Source of the DNA: Schizochytrium sp. TIO01
Lineage: Eukaryota; Protista; Bigyra: Labyrinthulomycetes
Assembly (NCBI GenBank): GCA_004764695.1
Contig: SMSO01000034.1
Span: forward strand, 806,001 to 870,000
Length of the DNA: 64,000 nt
Reading direction: 5' to 3'
The notes under the pieces were generated by a model that ran no database searches, was not told the origin of the DNA, and saw only the letters and a program-made list of their open reading frames with translations. Shown one piece after another: positions 1 through 11,746 of the stretch. Each line of letters opens with the position of its first letter. Positions within the stretch are counted from its first letter, which is position 1. Position numbers and translations under genes: made by a program.

Positions 1-1236
1 ACGTGAGCCAATAACAAACTTGATCAGAAAGGGAAGGCTGCCGTAGAGAATCTGCATACCTGGTTCTCCGTCCTTGCGGTCAGCCTTCATATTTCTCCAG
101 GTTTGCGAGAGGCCTACGAGGGAGCTTCGATTTGAGGGTGGAATAGGATCCACGATAAGCTCGAAGTCTTCATCTGAAGCGAGCCGCTGGGCGAGTAGGC
201 TGCTTGTGCCACCTGTACTAGTGTTGTTGATATAGAAGCTGTCATTTTGTTGCACCCGAAGATCTGCGGCATCTCCGAAGCTGCTGCCGATGCTGCTTCG
301 TCTACACGTCATGCTGGCAGATGCAAGTGATCCACAATTTGATGGTGGGCTAGGCCCTGAATTCAAAGATGACCCATCAGAGTTCATGGCTCCAGGGGCT
401 GCCATTGTGGATACTGTGGCAGCAGATGAAGTTGTTGAGGCGGAGGCAGCGGAGTTGTTTGCATGAGTTGCATGCTTTGTCTCATACGCATGGGATCCTT
501 TGACAGAGCAATCTTCATCCGTGGTGTCTGATGGATCTGAAAGTGACCCTGCAGGCCTTGCGCGGCTTACATCATTCAGCGTGCTCGGAACTGAGCTAGC
601 ACCAGAGGCCAATGACCTTTCGCTCCCATTAGTCATTGGTTCTCCTCCATGCATTTGATGGTATTGTTGTTGCTGGTGCTGGTGCGGGGTTGATAATCCG
701 CCACTTGATGGCAACGATGATGAGCTCCACCCGAACCATCCTCCATTTTTGCCCAGCGCCCTTTTGAAAATATCTCTTTTGCGCCTGCGCGTATGCTGTT
801 GTTGTTGTGGATTATGGTATTGTTGTTGCTGGTATTGCGACATTTCCGATTGCGATTTGTACGTAGACGTAGTCGAAAGTATAGATGAAGAAGATGATGT
901 CTGCCGGCCTTCTACTTGAAGGGGCCTTCGCATTCGAGAAGCACCTTCGCTGTCGTCTTTTTGGGACTGGCAGCTCTTGTCGCTGTCGTGATAGTTTGCA
1001 CTGCCAGGGTTACCTTTGCTGCTCTTGTTGCTCTTGTTGCTCTTGCTACTGCCGCTGCCGAGGGCGCTGCCGTCTCCCGGTGGGTCCTGGTACCGCTGGC
1101 GAGCGCGCTGCTCGTTCTGTTGCTGGAGGAGCTGGAGACTGGCGCGCCTCCCAAGCAGCGCCACGGTTACCAGCGCCTCCGTGGCGGGCCCTGGCGAGTC
1201 CGAGCTCGCGGTGGACCCGCTCCCGCGCATCGGCAT
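1..1236 (-). CDS. 5' part of a large protein, truncated by the window edge; low-complexity S/Q/H-rich N-terminus, possibly leading into a RasGEF REM-like region
   Basis: Manual translation from ATG at 1236 (MPMRGSGSTASSDSPG...QYQQQQYHNPQQQQH...QILYGSLPFLIKFVIGSR) stays open for 412 codons to position 1. It is absent from the ORF track because there is no stop in the window. The REM resemblance rests only on the last ~16 residues. Confidence 0.75.
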   Translation of the reverse strand, partial: MPMRGSGSTASSDSPGPATEALVTVALLGRRASLQLLQQQNEQRARQRYQDPPGDGSALGSGSSKSNKSNKSSKGNPGSANYHDSDKSCQSQKDDSEGASRMRRPLQVEGRQTSSSSSILSTTSTYKSQSEMSQYQQQQYHNPQQQQHTRRRKRDIFKRALGKNGGWFGWSSSSLPSSGGLSTPHQHQQQQYHQMHGGEPMTNGSERSLASGASSVPSTLNDVSRARPAGSLSDPSDTTDEDCSVKGSHAYETKHATHANNSAASASTTSSAATVSTMAAPGAMNSDGSSLNSGPSPPSNCGSLASASMTCRRSSIGSSFGDAADLRVQQNDSFYINNTSTGGTSSLLAQRLASDEDFELIVDPIPPSNRSSLVGLSQTWRNMKADRKDGEPGMQILYGSLPFLIKFVIGSR

Positions 1237-2778
1237 TGAATGTATTGTAGATGCAGAAGAAGAAGAAAATGAAGAAGAAGGAGGAGGAGCAGAATATAAT
1301 TATGAGCCTAGCTAGGTCACGGTAGGTACTAGTACTTAAGTATGTATATATATTATGAATATACATACCTATATATACTTTTGATTTTTATTGATTTAAA
1401 AAAAACATTTTAACCTGAAAATAAACACGTAGATAGTATTAATTTTTGTTATTTTTGTAGAAATTAAAAACAGAATCATTCTCGTGAATCAAATTCTAAT
1501 ATGGAAGCGCACAGGTACCCATTGGTAGTAGAAGGCAGCAGCGCTACCTGCTCCGAGTCTGCATCGATGAGTGATTGTTTTGGCTTGAGTCTTTACCAAA
1601 TCAAAAAGATTTTAACTCAATACCTCCGACTAGCGAAAGTGCTACTGCCTCCACCTTTATGGAGTGAAAAAAAGAAACAGGCCAAAGTGTAAAATAGTGG
1701 GTAGTAATAGTTAATATTAGTTATGTACCTAAGGGAGGCATTCTCTATAGATGTTTTGATTTTTACTGAAGTAAGGAACTACGTACATATACCTTATTGC
1801 CAATTAGAAAAACAAGTAAGTTCCATGGGTAACAAGAAAGGCAGAAAGAAGACGGAGAGAAGAGGAATGATTTTCAAAAGCTCTTTCTGCCTGTTTGCTA
1901 CTACCATTCTCCTATCTGAGATGCCTAGGTTGCCCATTCTCTGTAAGAGTATGGTTTGTGTCGTATTCTTGTGATCAAAAACTTGTTGCACGCAGAGAAA
2001 GAAATGTGGAGAGGCGGCACCTAGCTCATAGCTATCTAGACAGGGATCAAGGTGGAGAACCAAGAGATCTACAACGTCACTCTGAGAACAGCAGCTGATG
2101 ATGGAGAGATTCTTCAAGACCCTGAAAGATGATAATCTCCTCTTTCGTTAAAATACATGGTCTCTGAAAGGGCTCGAAGTTTTGGAGACAAAAAGAAAGA
2201 AAAAGACAAAAAGGCAGTCCAATAATGTAGGTAGGTAGGTAGGTAGGTACTCTAGTAGTTACCTGAGTACCTGTTATTTGCAAAATCAAAACAAAACCTA
2301 TTGAATTCGATCACAATTACGGTAACTTAGCGGTAGTAGGTAGAAGCGACGAGGGGAGAGAGTAAGAAGTGAGGCAGCCAGTAATACTTAGCTAGGCAAG
2401 CTAGGCAAGCCTCGTCGTTGTGGAGCACTCTCTCTCCACTATCGTGCTGTACATACCTTAATTAAAAAATCCTTCGACTTGGGCGAAGAAGGCTCGTTAC
2501 AATAGATTAGTAGATTGACTATGATTGATTGATTGATTGATTGATTGGGAAGACAGAGGCAGAAGCGCTGGAAAAGGTCGTCTTTATCTGACTTATTTGA
2601 CGTTGAAGGATCCAAAGTATGTTTGAGCGAGAAGGTTTACATTTACTCAACCAAGTTCAGATTTAAGTTCAACTCAGCCCACAATGTTGTGGGATTGTTG
2701 AAGAATCAAGTGGACCATGGCAAAAAGACATGCGCACTGCTCAGTTGTCGCAGTTTGTTCGAGTAAACCTGGGCAGCA

Positions 2779-2966
2779 GTTTGTTTGTTTGTTTGTTTGT
2801 TTGTTTGTTTGTTTGTTTGTTTGTTTGTTTGTTTGTTTGTTTGTTTGTTTGTTTGTTTGTTTGTTTGTTTGTTTGTTTGTTTGTTTGTTTGTTTGTTTGT
2901 TTGTTTGTTTGTTTGTTTGTTTGTTTGTTTGTTTGTTTGTTTGTTTGTTTGTTTGTTTGTTTGTTT
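2779..2966. repeat. (GTTT)n microsatellite, ~47 perfect units
   Basis: Directly visible perfect tetranucleotide run. Confidence 0.98.
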
Positions 2967-3594
2967 AGCGCATGATAAACTCGTACCTACTAGTAGCCAC
3001 CTACCTGCCCACCCATCTACCTGCTATGCTACTATGAAGGAAACCAAGAAAACGAAGAAGCGCAGCAGAATCCTCATTCATCTAAGTACACCTCTAGAGT
3101 GATCCGAAATCCAGGGACAATTGATCGCGAATGAATGATGAGCATTGCGTCGTCGCACAACTTTCGCAAATATAGTAAGGGCTCAAAGAGAACGCAGCAG
3201 GAATCTGCGCCATAGGGCCCATGGTGTCATTTACGTGCGTACGTAGTAGGTAGGTAGTAGGCACCTAGCTAGAGCAAGGCGCCTTTGCTCTCACTGTGTC
3301 GCTTTCTTCGCAGTCTGCTCCTGTCAGTCCTTCTTCTGGCAAAACCCAATGTCAAAGCGTAGGACTCTCTCTCTCTCTCATTCTGGCATTGACTGTTGAT
3401 GCCATCTGACCCAGTTTGATGGCGCACCTACTACTACGTACCTGTCTGACTGACTAAGTTTCCATCTTTCTGTATCTATCTATTATGGAGAGCTGCTTAG
3501 ATTCCTTCGAGTGCGCCCTTCGACGATTTGGTAAACCAAAACAATCAATCAATGGTAGGTAGCTACTACCGCCTAGCTAGCGAGCTAGTTCGTT

Positions 3595-3647
3595 AAGCAA
3601 GCAAGCAGGCAAGCAAGCAGGCAAGCAAGCAGGCAAGCAAGCAGGCA
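3595..3647. repeat. Compound (AAGC/AGGC) microsatellite with 12-bp higher-order unit AAGCAAGCAGGC
   Basis: Directly visible, ~4 units. Confidence 0.9.
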
Positions 3648-6600
3648 GCGATCTCGTGGCGTCCCTTCAAGATTAGATTAGATTCTTCTGAAACATATGA
3701 ATGATGGCAGCGGAAGGTTTAATTTGGAGCTTAAATTGGATCCCCAGAAGTTTCAAGTTGGGTTGAAGAAAGAAAAGAAAAGAAAAGAAAAGAAAAGAAA
3801 CAAAAGAAAAGATAAGATAAGATAAGAAAAAAGGGGGTTCTTCTCCATTTTAAAGTTACGTACTCCTCTTGAAAGGTTTTCTTACTTCAAATTTTAGCGA
3901 AAACGCATGGTTTTATAGATATTATCACTCATATGCAACAAGTAAACCCTCAGAGGCTATTCGAAGTAGTATTTATATTATAATTTCTGCCAGTGTACTT
4001 TTAATTATTTTATTTCATAAAAGTCAATCTCAAGCTATATTAGAGTTGGTACGATTTGGTAGTACTGTAATGACGGTACTGCATACGTAGTTCTAGGTTA
4101 TTGGCTGCTAGTCAAACTCTTAGGGACTTTTAGAGCAGATGGGGAAGTAAATAGGCAAAAGTGGTAAATAGGAAACTCAATGGTGTGGGAAAGAGGGAAA
4201 GAGGGATAGAAGGAACGAATGAGAGACAAGTTGAAGTTAGTTTGGAAACATCATGTGAGCAAACTAACATTCATCTTATTAGGCAGACTATTTCTATTCA
4301 AGAACCTACACAACCTACCAAATACGATTAAGTTAAAAAAAAACTCAGGCTGTTTTTCCTTTTCTTCTTTTTTTGCATTGCTATAAGTAGGTAGCTAATT
4401 TGCACTTAGGTACCTAGGCATAGGGTTGATTTTTTAATTATTAATTATTAATGTTTTAAAATTAAAAAAATATATTTTAATTAGAAAAATAGTAACACAA
4501 TAGATATGATACCCTGAGTGTGTCCCAGTGAGAGAGTATAGAAAAGAAAAGGCTCTCTCTGAAAGCCAGGAATCTTCTTCGAGACCTAAAGAAATTAGCC
4601 GTCGCAAAGGTCTGAAGTTCTTCGTACCTCACATTCCATCTCTTCATCAGTAGGTAGGGTGGGTACCTACCATGATCATGGTCACAATCAGGGCACTGTG
4701 GCCGCAGTCACATTTTCGATAAATTGGACGCAGAAATAGCAAGAACCCCTTCACGTGAGGCGATTATTACAAGCGATCTTTTCACCACTGAGTCTACCTA
4801 GCCATATAGAATAACTAACCAATCGATGCCTAGCTAGTTAGGTACGAACCCACCCAGCCCTTCTTAAGTAAAAACAACGTTCAAGTTGTAAGGTATTCAT
4901 TCATCCACAGAAAGATTGATCGATCTTTCCGACTCTCAAATGGGCTCTTGTAGCACCTTCTCTTGCAGCGTGGCCTTTCTTAGTAGTTCTGACAAGTCTC
5001 TCACTCACAGGCTATTCTAATAGATCCTTGGACTTACTTGGATGAAAACTCATCTGAGGATATGCTGGTGCGCCCCGATGAAGGCGTGAAGCAAAAACTG
5101 CATCTTTTCCGTATTTACCTGTAAGTAAACTTGACAGAGTAACAACCAGGCAATAAGAGCCACCTAGATAGTAGATTTAGACAGAGGTCTTACCAAGTGG
5201 GAATACGAGAGGCTCTCAATAAGTTAAGTGGGAACATTTTGATGGCCACCGTGATCAAGATCACAAGAAGTTTGAACAATGCAAAGGTTGGGGAACACAC
5301 ATGTACGACCAAAGGCTCAAATGGCCATTTAAAGCTGGCCAATTTGCACCGACAACCGGAAGCTGTGAAGATCCACCAGCATAAGCAAGAGCTCTTTAAT
5401 AAGACTCTGAAACTGTCTCGGGTCATAATTTACATAGGTTTCATTTAGTATACCTGTTTTTGGGATCTTTGGTAATTTGACCGCAAACCGTCTGGTTCAC
5501 ATAATATATTGGAAGTCAGATTGCGCTTGCGAAGGTATCTTAAACAATAAGTAGATACCACGGTAGTCTCATTTATATAATTCGTACCTTATCGGCGGAT
5601 ATGCCATGCCGAATCCCTTCCTTTTTTAGTCATGTGAAGAGAAAAAATGATGGGTAGGTAGGTAAGTAGGTACCTGCATATCAACCTACAGTTTCGATTA
5701 TCATTCCGGGCCGTTCGTGTTTTCCCATTAGTTTAGCCTTTGGAGCAACCCAAAATAGCAACCGCGGTTGTTGTTTGGTTATAACGTTTGATTAATGCTC
5801 ATCCATTGCAAGACAAAGTATATGAAGCTTTACAAGGTTATTGGTTTAGTCTTCGACCAAAAAATACTATTAGTGAGACCACAAACATCTTCAAGGGCTC
5901 AAGACCGCACACGTATTGAAGGAAAAATGGATCTTGAATACAGATGTATCCTTCCCTGCGGAGTTCGTAGTTATCACATTTTCCCATCCTGGTGTCGAAA
6001 ACACTGATGACAATTAGACATGTCGCAGTTTGGAGATCGAATCCCCTCGATCTAATGATTTGGTAATTGCATGAAGGCTAAGTTGTTGGGCGTGCAACGT
6101 TAAACATCAGCAATCAAGTTTGTTGCTGTATACTACCCATCTCCCCTCTTGAAGAGACTCTGTTGCCCATCAATTGTTCTGCACTCGTGTTTCCACCTTT
6201 TCTAGTGGTTGTTCTGTATACCTTTTCGGTTACTTCGAGATTAGGACCCCATGATATTGCTCGATGCGAGCGAGAACCCCATTCTTATCCCCGATGCTGT
6301 AATAATCAAAATAGAGCTCCATTCAAAAGTGGTTTTCTGAAGTAAGGAAGCAACTATAATTCTCTTTATACGGGCTAAGGACAAGTTATAACGGAACAAA
6401 GGCAGCTCTGATGTGGGATCTTTTGGACCATTTTTTTCATTCAGAAGCTGTGATTGGATGCACGAAATAACGACGATATAAGAATATCAAATACTTGTTT
6501 TCAATTCCAAAATACACATGACTTAGGGATCTGTGATTAAACTTTATAAAATAAATCAATCATCATGTTAGATTCATTCGCAACGAATTGAATCAAAACT

Positions 6601-6744
6601 TGCATCTATAGTGCTTTTGTTTATAATGGTAACATACTTAAAGAGAATCGACTAACACATACATTTATTTCCTCTTTAATATGTTTCTTTTGTTTTCCCG
6701 CTATATACATATATAGCAACGATAACGACAGCTTCTGGAGTATT

Positions 6745-8094
6745 TTAACGGGGACTTTGCCGTCGTGAATGTAAAGCGCGGTCTAGAACAACCATAATTG
6801 TATAAGTTCCGCCTGTCAGGGCGCAAAGATGAGTCAGCAAATGCGCCCAGGTTTTAGGTTTCGCAACGTACTGCAGACGCAGGGGCGGAGTATCATAAAA
6901 GAAATGCAACGATGGCATGGAGGATTCTGTGGATGGACGGACATGCTCTGAAGCGGCGTACTGGTGTGTAGCAACAAGTGGCTCTCCTGAGAGGATAATG
7001 TCGGTTGGGACTACTTTCAGATAATAGTGAACAAGATGCCCAGCCGTCACCTCACGATTAACACCTTCAAGGGGAGGTTTCCCAGGATTATTTGTCATAA
7101 CAACCTTGGATAAAGCTTGGGTAGAAGAATTCGGGGGGGTTTTGCCAAACCACAAAGAGTGAATTTCATGCGACATATCAACCCCGGCAGGACCCGCAGC
7201 ACCAAAAATCATTGAGAATAGTTCATCTCGTGCAACCTTGGACGATGGTGCAAAGTGAAAGCTACCCTTAGCCTTTGGAACAAGAAGGCTACCGAAAACC
7301 TCACAACCAGGTGTTACTATACCTTTGCCAAAACGCGAATCGGCCGGAAGAGGCTGCTTCATATTTTTGCGGCACTGCCAAAATCGGTTTTTACCATCTT
7401 GGCGCCAGTCCCAGCCACGTGAAATGAAAGCTGCTTCTACCTCCTCACAGGTGTTGCAGCATTCAGTGGACCCGTCCTCTTGATCAACTTGACCTTTAGC
7501 CTGCTTTGCCTTAATGACATCTTCGTGTATTGCTTCGTAACACGATCCACATTGCAGCAATGAAGCACCATTGCCACTAGCGGAAGTTGTTCTTTTATTT
7601 GCACTTGCCTCTTTTGATTGCGCAGAGTTATGACGATCTGACTGTGCTCCTGCATTTGCGGTGTGTTGGCGCTGCCAGTGTGTGAGTTCTGCCATTGAGA
7701 GCACAGTATTGTCCTCTTCGTGGCCGTACTGTAGCACCTGACCATAAGCAAGTCCATCTCTAGTTAGAGGAATCTTAAAGATCTCATGTTCAGAGCCGTG
7801 GTGTTCGCCGCCGCTGGCATCCACAGTCTCCACGGCAAGGTGATCGCAAGAGAGTTTGGCAAAACTCACATCAAAGTGAATTTCAAGGACCTCATCGAGA
7901 GCTGCATCTACAAGGACCTCTTCTTCGGCCTCCACAACCAAGAAGAAGTTAGCAAGCTCCGACGCAAGGAGCACCACAATTAGAGCCACACCCACAAGAG
8001 ATATGACACCACCAGCATGCGTGCGAACGCGAAACTCCTCGGCGGCTTTGGGAAAGGCATCTAGGCCACGTAGACGCTCGAGAATCCCGCTCAT
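6745..8094 (-). CDS. ERGIC3: ER-Golgi intermediate compartment protein, Erv46/ERGIC3 family
   Basis: N-terminal LRGLDAFPK..E.FRVRT..GG motif, TM helix, luminal CGSCY and CCNTCEEV..AF..GW motifs, GC.V.G.L.V.K..G.FHFAP, YYLKVVPT, C-terminal TM (HLCALTGGTYTI). First ATG is at 8094; the ORF track starts at GTG 8100. Confidence 0.93.
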   Translation of the reverse strand: MSGILERLRGLDAFPKAAEEFRVRTHAGGVISLVGVALIVVLLASELANFFLVVEAEEEVLVDAALDEVLEIHFDVSFAKLSCDHLAVETVDASGGEHHGSEHEIFKIPLTRDGLAYGQVLQYGHEEDNTVLSMAELTHWQRQHTANAGAQSDRHNSAQSKEASANKRTTSASGNGASLLQCGSCYEAIHEDVIKAKQAKGQVDQEDGSTECCNTCEEVEAAFISRGWDWRQDGKNRFWQCRKNMKQPLPADSRFGKGIVTPGCEVFGSLLVPKAKGSFHFAPSSKVARDELFSMIFGAAGPAGVDMSHEIHSLWFGKTPPNSSTQALSKVVMTNNPGKPPLEGVNREVTAGHLVHYYLKVVPTDIILSGEPLVATHQYAASEHVRPSTESSMPSLHFFYDTPPLRLQYVAKPKTWAHLLTHLCALTGGTYTIMVVLDRALHSRRQSPR

Positions 8095-8937
8095 CGTCAC
8101 GAAGGACGAGCGCCCCGAGAAGCGTGAAACGCCAAGTAACTTCTGCTCACCGACAGGTAATAAGAGCGCTTTGGACTTCGTGCTTTGTTTTGCTTCATTT
8201 TGTAATGAGCAACGCTTTTTAATTTCATTTTTTCAATTTGTGTTCGCTTGATGTCACGATTGTCCTGGCAGATACGACCGCTTCTCGTTCTTGAAAGGAG
8301 GCTTCCGTCTCTCAAGCTTTGTTGGTAATAGACAAGAGTGTCACAAAGAGTTTGTGAGCAATTGCAAAGCAAAGTGATGCGATGCATATTTCAACTTTAA
8401 GTGTTGAGATCATAAATCAGGACTACGCACTGTTACTGATACCTGACGAAATTTTCTATCCAATAACTCTGAGTCAACCTGCATCTAATGAAAGTACCGC
8501 CTTTCCGCTGCCAATCCATACTTTTCTTTCAATATCGCCTGTCTTTGAAGGTCCAACAGCTGAGCAAATTTTACAAGATTGAAAGAAGTGGGTCGGTAGA
8601 AATAGAAGAGTATACTAACTAACGAAGTATTAATTAGACAACACTGTATCTTGAGCAGAGAGACAGATTGAGATAGAAGTAAACAAACTAAGGACCCTGA
8701 CCGGAGGACTTGCTCTTGGCTTAGTACGAAGAGAGCGTCAACAGTGAACAACCTAGCTGTTACGCGATTGCTAATCAACGTTCTTTAGAATAGCAAGTTG
8801 CAAGAGCGGCTTGTGGCGGCGGCTCAAGTGAGGGCGGTCATCGTTCGAAATCACAAACCTACCACTGTGACCTTAGGACAGGAGTTCATACAGCCCTATT
8901 CCAAGCAGACGACTGGCATATTTGCCTATCAATCACA

Positions 8938-9483
8938 ATGGAAAAGACAGCTGACGAGAAGGAGTTTTATGCAAAGTTTCCACCATTTTTTACACTTCAG
9001 GAGGCTGAAGCGGCTCGAGCGAAGCAAATCCAACTCTGGAGACGCCTCGTTCTTGAATGGTTTGCCGAAAACGGGGCCAAAGGAGGTGATCAGAGCGTGC
9101 TCTCCTTAGACAGCTTTGCTCTTTTCCGGAACGATGCATTAGACAGATCTTTAGATGAGCCAGGTCGCAAAGCAGTTGCACAAGATCTCATTGACAGTGG
9201 CCATGGTCAGTGGCAAGATTTTGGCAAGACCCTCTATGTGTTTGTTAAGACACCATCTGAGTGGGCATCTATTATTTATGATTTCGTCCAGCAGAACGGT
9301 CTTGGTGGTACCATCTATACTGTGTACGAGCTCCACAGTGGCGACCTCACTCGCAACACCCTCATTCAAGGCATCGAACCTGCTCTTTGCATTGAAGCAC
9401 TCAATGTTTTGGAAAACGGAGGAAAAGCTGAGGTATACCCAAGTGAAGAGAGTCTTGATGAGACAGGTGTAAAGTTTGTATGA
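8938..9483 (+). CDS. VPS25: ESCRT-II subunit Vps25 (EAP20)
   Basis: FPPFFTLQ motif, Q...W..LVL, LF.N..L.R.L, K.P.EWA..IY, T.YEL..G and C-terminal GVKF; 181 aa is the typical length. Confidence 0.95.
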   Translation: MEKTADEKEFYAKFPPFFTLQEAEAARAKQIQLWRRLVLEWFAENGAKGGDQSVLSLDSFALFRNDALDRSLDEPGRKAVAQDLIDSGHGQWQDFGKTLYVFVKTPSEWASIIYDFVQQNGLGGTIYTVYELHSGDLTRNTLIQGIEPALCIEALNVLENGGKAEVYPSEESLDETGVKFV

Positions 9484-10189
9484 AGATAACATCAATTTCT
9501 CACTGTTTTGTACTTCAACTCAATCCTTTCCTTTCGACGCTTCGAGCAAAAGGTTTGCTGCTCGATCCGGCGTCCTTCTAGGTGGGTGGGTAAACAACTC
9601 TCAAAACGGGGGCGAGTTCATGCATATTTAGCAGTTTCAATTGCAGGACACCACAACTACAATGACTAATACTTAGTTCTGGTGGTCGGAGACTCGAGTC
9701 TGTTTGATATTGCTTTCGCGGCCTCATGCAGTTTCATGCGCAATTTCACTGGCGTCGTGGTTACTTATAGCATTCTGCGCATCCGAAGGAGCGTGGCATT
9801 TCGAGTAGCATAATGCAGATCTATATTTCATTGAGCTATATCTGAATTATTCTTTTTCCATACTCAAAAAAAATAAAATAAAAAACCAAAATAGAATATA
9901 CATAATTTTTAATATGGTTGTTGATATAGCTCAGTATGTTGAAGGGATTCTCGATTTGGTATTCACCCGATTAAGCCGTTTCGCTTACATACCACAGGCA
10001 CCATCTCGACGATAGAATCAAGGAATCGATAGTATAGATAAGCTCTGAAATCCGATGTTTGGTTAGAACAACAGGTAGTACTACAACCTTGCAATTAATT
10101 GAATTACACACTATTACAAAGAGAGAGGGCCATATAGAAGATATGACCATAGATTTTTGATGGGGATCATAGAATTGAAGAATGTATTT

Positions 10190-11746
10190 TTACTCGTCCA
10201 TACGGCTATTATCAGCCCCAACGTCTGCATCGGATGTGCTAGACAAATCCATCGTCTTACGCTTGGAATACTTAAGCAGAGTCAATTCATAGAGGGTGTT
10301 GCGCATTTTGCGTTCATTATTCATAACTGCTTCCAGCTTCTTGACCATTTTAGGTCCAGAGATTTCTTGAAGAGTGATAGCATAATCCTTGATCACAAGC
10401 ATAGTTGACAAGACTTGCTTTACAGCCTCCTCGTCGCGAGCAGTGGCCTTAGTCACACCAAAGCGACCAAGTTCACCAGTGAAGTCGACAACTCCGCCGA
10501 GATAGTCCTTTTCAGTGATGAAGACGTCCTTTCGCATATCCTCAAGAGAGAGTAAGGCACCGTCACGCAGAAGCCAGTCCTCAAACATGCGACCCTCAGC
10601 ATACTCCTCAAGTGCATTACCAAAGCTTCCAGCATGGAGCTCATCATGAGGGATCTTTGTAGTCTCGGAGACTTCCTTAAAAGTGTTTTCACAAGATTTA
10701 AAGAGTTCTCGGGCCTCTTTAAAATTCTTACGGTGGAGAGCGAAAATCGCCTTCTTACTTTCCTTCTGTGGATTACGGGACGCGGTGATAACCTTCTCAC
10801 GCTCCTCGGTGTGCTCGTCAATCTCCTTTACCATTGCCTCGAACTCTTCGAGATCTACAAAAACAGTCGGTTGCAGGTTGTGGTGCTCGCGAATCGCCGC
10901 AATCTCTTCCTCTGAGAAAAGAAGGCTCAGCTCGTACAGGATATCTTCAACCTTGCGCACACGGTACTTGAGCGTATCAAAGCGCCGGCGAAGGGGTCCA
11001 TTTCGCAAGTTGAACTGGAGAAAACCTGCGTTCATGGCCTGGATCATGTGGTTGCACACTGACACGGAGGCCATGTCGCGCTCCATCGCACGGCCCGTTG
11101 CATAGGTTGTGAGCTCGTCTGCGAACCTCAGTGTGCCCATAAGGTACTCTGAGCTCGTAAGTTCCGGGAATGCGCGGCGCTCCACAAGTCTTCCAGTGGT
11201 CAGAAACTTTGAAAGGCACTCCATCGCAACATATGCCGAAAGACAAGAGTTCACGTGGCCTTGGTTCCGAACTGCCGGAGAGCAGACCTCAAGGAGTTCC
11301 TGGAGCATTGTCTTATATGCTTCACGGTCGTCTTCATCCTCACCGTTGTGGATCTTACGTAGACCAGACTCCAGCTTAGCCCTCAAATTGCGGCATGGCG
11401 TCTGCGCCCTCTCACGCGCCTCGCCCTCCAGCGAAAGTGCCTTCTGCACGCTCGCCATGCTCTCCTCAAAGCGCCGCAAGTTGTCCTCGTTCGCAGCTGA
11501 CGCGAGCAACATTGGAGAAGGTTTCGCAGGAAGTGGAGGAGACATCATACTGGACTGGGGGAGTGTAGTCTGCTCAGAAGAGTCCTCAATCTTTGCGCGT
11601 TTTGGCTGAGGAGAGGACGGAGAAGAGCTCATGGTGCGGATTGAGGATGAGGTGTGGAAACGAAACGTCGAAGGGAGAGGAAAGCGAGACTGACTGACAG
11701 AGAGGCGAGCGGAGAATGAAAAGAGAGACCTTGTACCGCAGATCAT
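10190..11746 (-). CDS. Two-domain translin-family protein: N-terminal translin-like domain fused to a C-terminal TRAX-like catalytic domain
   Basis: Domain 1 ends FLQFNLRNGPLRRRFDTLKYRVRKVEDILYELSL (translin C-terminal signature). Domain 2 has SKKAIFALHR, LEEYAE and DYLGGVVDFTGELGR (TRAX signatures). First ATG at 11746, second in-frame ATG at 11632. Confidence 0.9.
   Translation of the reverse strand: MICGTRSLFSFSARLSVSQSRFPLPSTFRFHTSSSIRTMSSSPSSPQPKRAKIEDSSEQTTLPQSSMMSPPLPAKPSPMLLASAANEDNLRRFEESMASVQKALSLEGEARERAQTPCRNLRAKLESGLRKIHNGEDEDDREAYKTMLQELLEVCSPAVRNQGHVNSCLSAYVAMECLSKFLTTGRLVERRAFPELTSSEYLMGTLRFADELTTYATGRAMERDMASVSVCNHMIQAMNAGFLQFNLRNGPLRRRFDTLKYRVRKVEDILYELSLLFSEEEIAAIREHHNLQPTVFVDLEEFEAMVKEIDEHTEEREKVITASRNPQKESKKAIFALHRKNFKEARELFKSCENTFKEVSETTKIPHDELHAGSFGNALEEYAEGRMFEDWLLRDGALLSLEDMRKDVFITEKDYLGGVVDFTGELGRFGVTKATARDEEAVKQVLSTMLVIKDYAITLQEISGPKMVKKLEAVMNNERKMRNTLYELTLLKYSKRKTMDLSSTSDADVGADNSRMDE

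Noticed and set aside
2717-3102. FVCL/TNKQ-repeat ORFs here and at 36708-37180 and 63070-63542
   Set aside because: Translations of (GTTT)n/(AAAC)n microsatellites
4900-6010. Coding-like composition with short ORFs (5197..5448, 5795..6007)
   Set aside because: Could be decayed coding DNA, but no family motif recognised; needs a translated search
10157-11609. Plus-strand ORFs overlapping the translin gene, and similar short ORFs inside ERGIC3, ArfGAP, MINPP and syntaxin
   Set aside because: Alternative-frame or antisense shadows of well-supported genes
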